32,000 nucleotides of DNA from Sedimentisphaera cyanobacteriorum (lineage in GTDB: Bacteria; Planctomycetota; Phycisphaerae; Sedimentisphaerales; Sedimentisphaeraceae), in the NCBI RefSeq assembly GCF_001997385.1, contig NZ_CP019633.1:750001-782000 (forward strand). Reading direction: 5' to 3'. Below, piece after piece: positions 8,420 to 15,750 of the stretch (the first letter of the stretch is position 1; each line of letters starts with the position of its first letter). The notes under the pieces were generated by a model. It was given only the letters and a program-made list of their open reading frames with translations. It did no database searches and was not told where the DNA came from. Position numbers and translations under genes: made by a program.

Positions 8420-9451
8420 ATGAGAACAACTGACAATGTAAATATCGTAGCATTGAGAGAGCTTACTACCCCTCGTGAGCTGAGAGAGGACTTGCCTATA
8501 ACTCAGGAACAGGCGGATGTGGTCCTCAATGCAAGGAAAAGCATAAAAAATATAATATCTCATCTGGATAAGAGAATGCTGGCTATAGTAGGCCCTTGCT
8601 CTATTCATAATGAGGATTCGGCAGTTGAGTATGCTGAGAAATTAGCTGAAATTCAGAAAAAAACAAAAGACAAAGTACAGATAGTGATGAGGGCTTACTT
8701 CGAAAAACCTCGAACTACTATCGGATGGAAGGGACTGCTCTACGATCCCGAACTAAATGGAACTTACAATATGAAAAAAGGCCTGCATTTAAGCCGAAAG
8801 ATTATGCTTTCGATACTTGATGCGGGAATCCCTATTGCCACAGAAATTCTTGACCCTATTGTACCGCAGTATCTAACAGACTTGATCAGCTGGTCTGCTA
8901 TAGGCGCAAGAACAAGTGAATCGCAGATTCACAGGCAGATGGTGAGCGGGCTTTCAATGCCCGTAGGATTTAAAAATTCGACAGACGGAAGTCTCTACAC
9001 ATCTGCTCAAGCCATAAAAACAGCCCGAAATCCTCATTTCTTTTTTGGTATTAATGTCGATGGTCAGGTAGCCCTCGCTGAAACGAAAGGGAACGCTTAC
9101 ACGCATTTTATACTAAGGGGCGGATGTCTAGGGCCTAATTATGAAGTTGAGCATATAGCGTTTGCAGAAGCCCTTCTTCGCAAAGAAAAAATCGGGTCAG
9201 GAATTATTGTTGATTGCAGTCATGCTAATTCAAGGAAGGATTACAAAAAGCAGAAAAAAGTGTTGGAAAATATTGCAGAACAAAAGCTCAGCGGGAATAA
9301 ATCTATAGTGGGAGTGATGATAGAAAGCTTCCTTGAGCAGGGCAGTCAAAAGATTGGCTCGGGCAAGCTCAATCCCAGAGTTTCAGTTACAGATTCCTGT
9401 ATTGGTTGGGAAGAAACAGAGGAGCTTCTCATGAAACTTGCTGAGGTTTAG
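8420..9451 (+). CDS. aroG: 3-deoxy-7-phosphoheptulonate (DAHP) synthase, class I (AroG/F/H type)
   Basis: 343 aa, the length of E. coli-type class I enzymes. Motifs: LAIVGPCSIH, YFEKPRTTIGWKGLLYDP, GARTSESQIHR, VGFKNSTDG, DCSHANS. The isozyme (G, F or H) cannot be told from sequence by eye. Confidence 0.9.
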   Translation: MRTTDNVNIVALRELTTPRELREDLPITQEQADVVLNARKSIKNIISHLDKRMLAIVGPCSIHNEDSAVEYAEKLAEIQKKTKDKVQIVMRAYFEKPRTTIGWKGLLYDPELNGTYNMKKGLHLSRKIMLSILDAGIPIATEILDPIVPQYLTDLISWSAIGARTSESQIHRQMVSGLSMPVGFKNSTDGSLYTSAQAIKTARNPHFFFGINVDGQVALAETKGNAYTHFILRGGCLGPNYEVEHIAFAEALLRKEKIGSGIIVDCSHANSRKDYKKQKKVLENIAEQKLSGNKSIVGVMIESFLEQGSQKIGSGKLNPRVSVTDSCIGWEETEELLMKLAEV

Positions 9452-9494
9452 CTTGATTAAGCGCAAATTTAAACTTAAGAAATTGGAAACTATA

Positions 9495-10214
9495 ATGGAC
9501 GTTCTCCCTGCAATAGACCTAATCGACGGCAAATGCGTACGCCTTGTACAGGGCGATTATGAGAAAAAGATAACATACAAAGACGACCCTGCTGCTCAAG
9601 CCAAAGAATTTGCAAAGGCCGGGGCTAAATGGGTTCATCTGATAGACCTTGACGGGGCAAAAAAGGGCAAGCCTGTTAATCTTAAGACAGTAAAAAAAAT
9701 AGCCAATGGCAGAATCAATGTTGAATTTGGCGGCGGTGTCAGAAGCGAAGAATCCATAAAACTGCTCTTAGATGCCGGCGTAAAGAGAATTATAATTGGC
9801 ACCAGAGCAATCAGCGAATTCGACTGGTTCTCACAAATGGCAGAGAAATATCCCGACAAGCTTGTTCTGGGGCTCGATGCGAGGGGAGATAAGATTGCAA
9901 CTCACGGCTGGCTCGAAAATACTGATATGGAGATTGTCGAGTTTGCAAGAAAGGCCTCTTCGCTGCCGATCAATTCGATTATTTACACCGATATCTCCAA
10001 AGACGGCACACTTGAAGGCCCTAATCTTGAAAGGACTTCAAATCTTGTAAGATCTGTTGACACAGCGGTTATAGCAGCGGGGGGCGTTACAAAGATTGAG
10101 GATATCACTAAGCTTGGCGAGGCAGGGGTAGCAGGGGCTGTTATCGGAAGAGCCCTGTACGAAGGAACTATCACTCTAAAAGGTGCTATTGAGGCAGCAG
10201 GTAATAAGGGTTGA
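9495..10214 (+). CDS. hisA: 1-(5-phosphoribosyl)-5-[(5-phosphoribosylamino)methylideneamino]imidazole-4-carboxamide isomerase (HisA)
   Basis: MDVLPAIDLIDGKCVRLVQGDY..., LIDLDGA, EFGGGVRS and GGV....D......GV.G.I.G.ALYEG are typical HisA (beta/alpha)8 phosphate-binding motifs. I prefer the ATG at 9495 to the track's upstream non-ATG start at 9438, whose 19 extra residues are not HisA-like. No other his genes are nearby. Confidence 0.88.
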   Translation: MDVLPAIDLIDGKCVRLVQGDYEKKITYKDDPAAQAKEFAKAGAKWVHLIDLDGAKKGKPVNLKTVKKIANGRINVEFGGGVRSEESIKLLLDAGVKRIIIGTRAISEFDWFSQMAEKYPDKLVLGLDARGDKIATHGWLENTDMEIVEFARKASSLPINSIIYTDISKDGTLEGPNLERTSNLVRSVDTAVIAAGGVTKIEDITKLGEAGVAGAVIGRALYEGTITLKGAIEAAGNKG

Positions 10215-11434
10215 AAAAAAGCAAACGCAAATTTTTCCAGCAGCAGCTTAAAAAGCTCAATGAAACTGAAAAAAAACAGCTCTATAAGAGGGCTGCCAAC
10301 TTGCGCAAGGCATCGCAGGTTGATGCAATGAAAAGGAAGCATTCATTCAGGAGCAGAATAGACCACCGAAGCAACTGGGATAACGAATCAAATTTTGAAA
10401 AAAAGAAAAAAACTCCCAAAATGGATATCGACGACTGGGCGTTAAAAGTCCTTGAGGAGGAGGGAATTCAGACGCTCAGGGAAACTTGCAGGCATAGAGA
10501 GGATTTAGGTGAATACAGCGAAAAATATTATGGTATGATAGAGGAAGTTATGCCGGCTGAAAGCCTTGTTTACTCTGAAGGCAGAGACGTTAAGTGTATA
10601 ATAGGCCCTGAATTTTCGATGACTCAAAAAAGCGATCTGGCTGTTGGTGATAATGTTTACTTTTCGTACGCAAAAGACGGAACTGCTGTGCTTCACAGTG
10701 TTGAGCCGAGAAAAACCTGCATATCACGTCCCGATCCGACGAAAGCGGGTATTGAGCGGGTTACTGCGGCTAATGTGGATAAAGCTGTTATAGTTGCCGC
10801 AATAAAACGCCCGGAGCTCAGGCCCAGCCTTATAGACAGATATCTCATAGCAGCACAGAAGGGCGGTGTTGAGCCTGTAGTATGCATAAATAAAATTGAT
10901 CTGATCAACGAATATGCAAAAGAAAAAGAGATGGAAGTTTTGAAAGCGTATCAGGAGATAGGACTGAAGGTTGTGGAGTGTTCTGCTGCAAGCGGTTTAG
11001 GTCTGGATAAGCTCAAAGAATCTCTGGCATCGGCAAGGAGCGTTTTCGTTGGGCACAGCGGGACAGGCAAAACATCCCTGCTTAACCGTCTCTGTCCTTG
11101 TGCAGAAGCTCAAACCGGCTCGGTGCACAACGGGACAGGGCTCGGACGCCATACTACAAATAACTCCAAGCTCTATCATATCGAAAATAATATCTGGATT
11201 ATAGATACACCCGGGATAAGGGAGTTTGGTCTTTGGAATATGAACCCCGATGATTTGAAATGGTATTTTGAAGAATTTGATTATTTCGCAGAAAACTGCC
11301 GATATTCAGACTGCTCGCATACACATGAACCGGGATGTGCGGTCAAGCAGGCAGTAGAAGAAAACCAGATCAGCAGGACAAGATATCAGAGTTATCTGAG
11401 AATACTGGAAACTATATCTAAGAACAGCTCTTAA
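10211..11434 (+). CDS. rsgA: Ribosome small-subunit-dependent GTPase A (RsgA/YjeQ) with a basic N-terminal extension
   Basis: Circularly permuted GTPase order: G4 (CINKIDL) precedes G1 (GHSGTGKTSLLNRL) and G3 (IIDTPGIREF). C-terminal zinc knuckle CRYSDCSHTHEPGCAV. A TTG at 10211 overlaps the hisA stop (TTGA). The start is uncertain: in-frame ATGs also occur at 10328 and 10421. Confidence 0.85.
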   Translation: MKKSKRKFFQQQLKKLNETEKKQLYKRAANLRKASQVDAMKRKHSFRSRIDHRSNWDNESNFEKKKKTPKMDIDDWALKVLEEEGIQTLRETCRHREDLGEYSEKYYGMIEEVMPAESLVYSEGRDVKCIIGPEFSMTQKSDLAVGDNVYFSYAKDGTAVLHSVEPRKTCISRPDPTKAGIERVTAANVDKAVIVAAIKRPELRPSLIDRYLIAAQKGGVEPVVCINKIDLINEYAKEKEMEVLKAYQEIGLKVVECSAASGLGLDKLKESLASARSVFVGHSGTGKTSLLNRLCPCAEAQTGSVHNGTGLGRHTTNNSKLYHIENNIWIIDTPGIREFGLWNMNPDDLKWYFEEFDYFAENCRYSDCSHTHEPGCAVKQAVEENQISRTRYQSYLRILETISKNSS

Positions 11435-11447
11435 AAACGGGGGTATT

Positions 11448-12242
11448 ATGAGTAAGTTTTATAAAGCCGTGCCGATTGTTTTAATTTCCTTTCTTATTGC
11501 TTGCAGTACTGTGCCTATAAGCAATCGCGAGAGGCTGAATTTTGTTTCTGATGCGAAAATCAATTCAGTTGCAGATCAGGAGTATCAGCAGTTTATAAAG
11601 GAGAACAGGTCAGATATAAACCAAAACCAGCAGCAGCTAAAGCTGGTTAGAAGGGTAGGTTTTCGCATAAGAGATGCTGTAGAAAGGTATTTTATTCAAA
11701 ACAATCAGTCAATAAGCTTCGACTGGGAATTCAATGTAATTCAAAATTCACAGGCCAACGCATGGGCAATGCCGGGCGGGAAGGTAATGGTATATTCCGG
11801 AATTTTCGATAAAACCCGAAACGAAGAGGGGCTTGCTGTTGTGGTAGCTCATGAAATAGCTCATGCAGCAGCAAAACACGGGGCAGAAAGGATGAGCCAG
11901 CAGACTCTCCTGAACCTCGGCGGCTATGCGCTTAGTCAAAGCGTAGCAGGGGAGAACTTTATGAAGGCATTTTCCATAGGAAGTCATTATGGCATTATGC
12001 TTCCATACAGCAGAAAGCATGAATACGAGGCAGATCATCTCGGACTTATATTTATGTCTATGGCGGGCTACGACCCGGCAGCTGCGGTTGACTTCTGGCA
12101 GAGGATGTCTGAAAATTCTGCCGCTGCACCTGAATTTATGAGCACGCACCCTTGCGACAAAAAAAGGATTCAGGCCTTAAAAGAGCGTATGCCTGAAGCG
12201 AAAAGATATTATCGAGAAAGCATCAAATCAGGCAGGCAGTGA
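11448..12242 (+). CDS. M48-family zinc metallopeptidase, lipoprotein (YcaL/LoiP-like)
   Basis: Lipobox LIAC|S after a hydrophobic N-terminus. HEIAHAAAKH (HExxH) with downstream EYEAD. 264 aa, like the small periplasmic/outer-membrane M48 peptidases. Confidence 0.8.
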   Translation: MSKFYKAVPIVLISFLIACSTVPISNRERLNFVSDAKINSVADQEYQQFIKENRSDINQNQQQLKLVRRVGFRIRDAVERYFIQNNQSISFDWEFNVIQNSQANAWAMPGGKVMVYSGIFDKTRNEEGLAVVVAHEIAHAAAKHGAERMSQQTLLNLGGYALSQSVAGENFMKAFSIGSHYGIMLPYSRKHEYEADHLGLIFMSMAGYDPAAAVDFWQRMSENSAAAPEFMSTHPCDKKRIQALKERMPEAKRYYRESIKSGRQ

Positions 12243-13922
12243 GAAGAAAAAGCTGGAACCTACGCCCTGTTCCGATTTAACCCAGATTTTCCCGCCGTGC
12301 TGTTCGACAATACGTTTGCAAATCGCCAGCCCTATACCGCTGCCTTCGTGTTCCTGCTGGGTATGAAGACGCTTAAAGGCAATGAAGATCTGGTTGTAGT
12401 ATTGTTTCTCGATGCCGATTCCATTATCACGAACTTCAAACCGCCACATATTTTCAGTTTTTCTGCTTTCAATATGAATAACTGGCTTTCGCCCTTCCGG
12501 CTGGTATGTTATAGCGTTGTGTATCAGGTTCGTGAATAACAGCTGCAGGCGCATCTTGTCGCCTTTTATTGCCGGCAGATCACTCACTTTAACATCGGCA
12601 TTTTTGTCATTTATATCCTGCTGCAGATCCTTAATTGCTTGTGCTACTATCAAATTACATTCGCAATTCTCAGTTTCCAGCTCTGTGTTGCCTATGTTCG
12701 AGTATGAAAGCAGTGCCTTAAGCAGGCCTTTCATTCTGCGCGAGCCCTGAACAGCGTAGTCTATAAGCTGTTTGCCCTGTTCGTCGAGTTTCTCGCTGTA
12801 CTGACTCTCAAGAAGCTGAACACAGCTTGTAACAGAACGAAGAGGCTCCTGAAGGTCGTGAGAAGCCACATCTGCAAACCTGCGAAGTTCATCAAGCGAT
12901 TTTTTCAAATCCCTCTCGGCAGCCTTTCTCATCTCTGTATCCTTCTGCAGACGCTCAATCATAAGATTGAACTCATGTCCGAGAAGATCAATCTCATCCT
13001 TGCCTTCTTCCTGCATCATTCGAACCAAAACACCGCTGTGTCGGATTTTAATAATATGGTCTATAAGGGTTTCCAGCCTTTGACCGATCGTTCTGTAAAC
13101 AATGAAGAGAATGAGAAGCAGTGTAACAAGGCCGGTAACGATCTTGGTGAAAATATTTACCTTATTTGCAGTGCTGGCTCTTGCTGCTATCGAGGAAGGT
13201 ACTTCTATCTTAAGTGCATACTTTTCAGAATTGCCCAAACCTTCCAAAGCTATATGGGCAATAAATTTTCCGCCTCCTTTTCTGCGAATGTCAAGCTCAC
13301 CCTCCTCGTGTTCTTTGGAGAATGGTCCTTTGTTTTGAGGTACAATCTCAATCTTGTCGCCGGTTTTTGCTGATATACCGCTTGCAATCTTATCCCCGAA
13401 AAGCTCGCAAACTATAACCGTCCCAACCACTTTCCCTTCACTGATAACAGGGGCTGCTGAGATAAGAGTCATACCTTCAGATGTTTCTGTCAGTCCGTAG
13501 CGTCTTGTCTCAGGATTATTTAGATTGAGATTATTGTCTCTTATGAAATTTTCGGTAAACACCTCACGCCATTCTTCACTGCCGGAATTGTAAACCACCT
13601 CGGCATTTATATTGAGTATTACAACATTTTCAATGCTCGTAATTTCTTTAATATTTGATACGAAATCCTTATGTTCATTACCATCGCTTTTTATGAAGCT
13701 TGCGGCTGCTTGGAGTTTGCCCAGCTCTTGAGAAGTGCTGCGCAGGCGCTTCCTGTCGTTATCAATAGTGCCTGCATACCACATAAGGTATTTCTCAAGG
13801 TTTTGCCTGTCGCTTTTAACTTGAGTTGATTCTGAAACAACCTTGTGAATACCTATATCCACTATAACGTTTATGCCTATCATAAAGGCAACAACTAAAA
13901 CTATTTTTGAGCCTATGGACAT
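12228..13922 (-). CDS. Sensor histidine kinase (TM, extracytoplasmic sensor domain, TM/HAMP-like, HisKA, HATPase_c); no adjacent response regulator
   Basis: H-box ASHDLQEPLRSV, N-box LIHNAITY, G1 VRDNGIGI, G2 GSGIGLAICKRIVEQHGGKIWV. Two hydrophobic segments (aa ~5-25 and ~255-275) bracket a ~230-aa sensor region that may be CHASE4-like, which is uncertain. Confidence 0.88.
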   Translation of the reverse strand: MSIGSKIVLVVAFMIGINVIVDIGIHKVVSESTQVKSDRQNLEKYLMWYAGTIDNDRKRLRSTSQELGKLQAAASFIKSDGNEHKDFVSNIKEITSIENVVILNINAEVVYNSGSEEWREVFTENFIRDNNLNLNNPETRRYGLTETSEGMTLISAAPVISEGKVVGTVIVCELFGDKIASGISAKTGDKIEIVPQNKGPFSKEHEEGELDIRRKGGGKFIAHIALEGLGNSEKYALKIEVPSSIAARASTANKVNIFTKIVTGLVTLLLILFIVYRTIGQRLETLIDHIIKIRHSGVLVRMMQEEGKDEIDLLGHEFNLMIERLQKDTEMRKAAERDLKKSLDELRRFADVASHDLQEPLRSVTSCVQLLESQYSEKLDEQGKQLIDYAVQGSRRMKGLLKALLSYSNIGNTELETENCECNLIVAQAIKDLQQDINDKNADVKVSDLPAIKGDKMRLQLLFTNLIHNAITYQPEGRKPVIHIESRKTENMWRFEVRDNGIGIEKQYYNQIFIAFKRLHTQQEHEGSGIGLAICKRIVEQHGGKIWVKSEQGVGSSFFFSLPA

Positions 13923-14019
13923 TAAAATCCTTAATCTTTAATTTGTCTTTAATAATCCGCTCGAATGATTATTGATTTTTCGTTCTCGATTGTCAATAAG
14001 ACAATTGAAATAAATCAGA

Positions 14020-15474
14020 TTATTTTGCAGTTTGCCCGCCTTCGGGCGTATTTTTTTCTGGTATAGCAACTGAAAAGGCTATGAAAAAGACAGCAGAAAG
14101 AAAAATGCCGTAGGCGCTCGGGTCCAGACCGTATTTTGCGATCGGGGCGGGAAGCTTTAATATATTAGTAAGCATCAGAAGCGTAGGCACTCCGCCTGCA
14201 AGCATTCCCGCAAGCGCACCGGCCGAGCTGGATTTCTTCCAGAAGTATGCCCCGAGAGTTGGCACAAAGAGCCCCGATACCATAAATGAATATGCGTACA
14301 GGATGGCATTAAGCACCGTGCTGAACTGAGCAGCCAGTATTACTGCAAGAGTTCCGATTACAAATGTAGCAGCCATTGACAGCCTTACTGAGGTCTTGTG
14401 AGATTTTTTCCCAATAATATGCCTTTCCAGCAGGTCGTTTACGAAATTTCCTGATGAGGCCATCATGCAGCTGTCAGCTGTTGACATTATTGCAGAGAAA
14501 TACGATGCGATTACTATGCCCGTTACCCCTATCGGCAGAACATCCCTTATAAGCATTGGCAGGGCGGCTTCGCTGTCTGCCTCAGGATATATAACCCTTG
14601 CGCACATTCCAAGAAAAACGCCGGTAAACGCCATCACCGGGTATTCAAGCAGACCTGCTGTAAACCACGCCTTTCTTGCTTGCTTTTCATCTTTGCAGGC
14701 ATACATCCTTTGATAAAGTGTCATGCCAATAAGCCAGATGGGGATTATTGTTACCATCCAGTTTATGAATGTAGAAGCTTCTATATTAGTAAGCGTAAAG
14801 TATTCTTTAGGCAGAGTTTCTCTCAATGCTGAAAGCCCGCCGATTTCGAAGAGTGTAGCGGGTATAGTGATGAATATAAGCCCGCTGAGCAGTATCATCC
14901 ATTGGATTGTGTCTGTATATATTACGGCTTTAAGGCCGCCGAAAACTGTGTAAACAACTGTTATTACCGCTATCACTAACAGAGAAAACAAAATCGGGTC
15001 CATCTCGAAGGGGTTTTTCTGGAGAATTGTTGTAGAGGCGAGCTTAGCACCGGCAAGCATCTGAGCTCCTGTAAAGCCGAGATAACCAATACCTGAGATT
15101 AATGCCGCTGCCAGAGCAACCTTGTCGCTGTATTTATAACGCAGAAAGTCTGGATATGTCAGATAGCCCTCTTTTTCATCAAGCTTCTTGATTTTGGGTA
15201 TTATAAATACAGCAGTCAGCCATGCGCCTATAAGGCCGGTAAATAAAAGCCAGCTTCCAGAAAGTCCCATAGCAAAGCCAACGCCGCCCAGGCCTATTGA
15301 AAATCCTCCGCCCACGTCCGTGGCTACGATTGAAAAACCCACATGTGTTGCTTTGATAGACCTGCTGCCTACATAATAATCCTCAGAGCTTTTGTTTTTG
15401 AAGAAGTGATAAAAACCAACCCCTAAAACGCAAAGCATATAAATGCCGAATATCAGGTAGTCTATAATATTCAT
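14020..15474 (-). CDS. Sodium:solute symporter family (SSF/SLC5) transporter
   Basis: 484 aa, about 13 predicted hydrophobic helices. Contains the SSF-type block [15 protein letters not shown] (GG...V.WTD..Q-like). The substrate cannot be inferred. Confidence 0.8.
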   Translation of the reverse strand: MNIIDYLIFGIYMLCVLGVGFYHFFKNKSSEDYYVGSRSIKATHVGFSIVATDVGGGFSIGLGGVGFAMGLSGSWLLFTGLIGAWLTAVFIIPKIKKLDEKEGYLTYPDFLRYKYSDKVALAAALISGIGYLGFTGAQMLAGAKLASTTILQKNPFEMDPILFSLLVIAVITVVYTVFGGLKAVIYTDTIQWMILLSGLIFITIPATLFEIGGLSALRETLPKEYFTLTNIEASTFINWMVTIIPIWLIGMTLYQRMYACKDEKQARKAWFTAGLLEYPVMAFTGVFLGMCARVIYPEADSEAALPMLIRDVLPIGVTGIVIASYFSAIMSTADSCMMASSGNFVNDLLERHIIGKKSHKTSVRLSMAATFVIGTLAVILAAQFSTVLNAILYAYSFMVSGLFVPTLGAYFWKKSSSAGALAGMLAGGVPTLLMLTNILKLPAPIAKYGLDPSAYGIFLSAVFFIAFSVAIPEKNTPEGGQTAK

Positions 15475-15574
15475 ATATAGTCGGGCGCCTCCAATTGATT
15501 AAAGAAGAAAATATTCGAATACACAGATTTACCTCTTTTCCTCCAGCCGATTAATTCTAATGTAATAATAGTAT

Positions 15575-15602
15575 TTGTCAAAATAACTGTTTTGGGTAGA
15601 AT
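15575..15602 (+). promoter_or_regulatory. Putative sigma70-like promoter for the GH76-family gene
   Basis: TTGTCA (15575-15580), 16-nt spacer, TAGAAT (15597-15602). This would give a 5' UTR of about 140 nt. Pattern match only. Confidence 0.3.
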
Positions 15603-15750
15603 GCGCAAGGAACAATGAAAAAACTATTCAGTTATATTTTAGGGTGAAACTGCAAGTGTTTATTTTGCCCTTGAAAGGTACGGATTTGCCCGTTTGCCGT
15701 TTTTATCATAAAGATTATTTTGTTATTACAGCTAAAAAGAAAGAATATAA

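Noticed and set aside
8183-8608. 141-aa minus-strand ORF spanning the giant-gene 3' end, the terminator and the aroG 5' end; also 17570-18383 (-) ORFs across the GH76 3' end and rpsD leader
   Set aside because: They cross a strong plus-strand terminator or promoter region and overlap confident genes on the other strand. They have no motifs and are judged spurious.
9438-9494. N-terminal 19-aa extension of hisA in the track
   Set aside because: It starts on a non-ATG codon inside the 3' end of aroG and its sequence is not HisA-like. HisA homologues begin at M..PAIDL, which matches the ATG at 9495.
12858-13373. Long antisense ORFs inside well-supported genes: 12858-13373 (+), 23026-23526 (+), 26194-26739 (+), 14465-14953 (+), 2443-3120 (-)
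   Set aside because: They lie entirely antisense to genes with strong family motifs, have low-complexity or odd composition, and lack RBSs. They are typical frame shadows. I cannot exclude small antisense products, but nothing supports them.
15615-15647. 10-codon uORF (MKKLFSYILG) and possible riboswitch or attenuator in the ~140-nt leader of the GH76 gene
   Set aside because: No RBS, no convincing terminator/antiterminator alternative structure, and no resemblance to a riboswitch class I can recognise.
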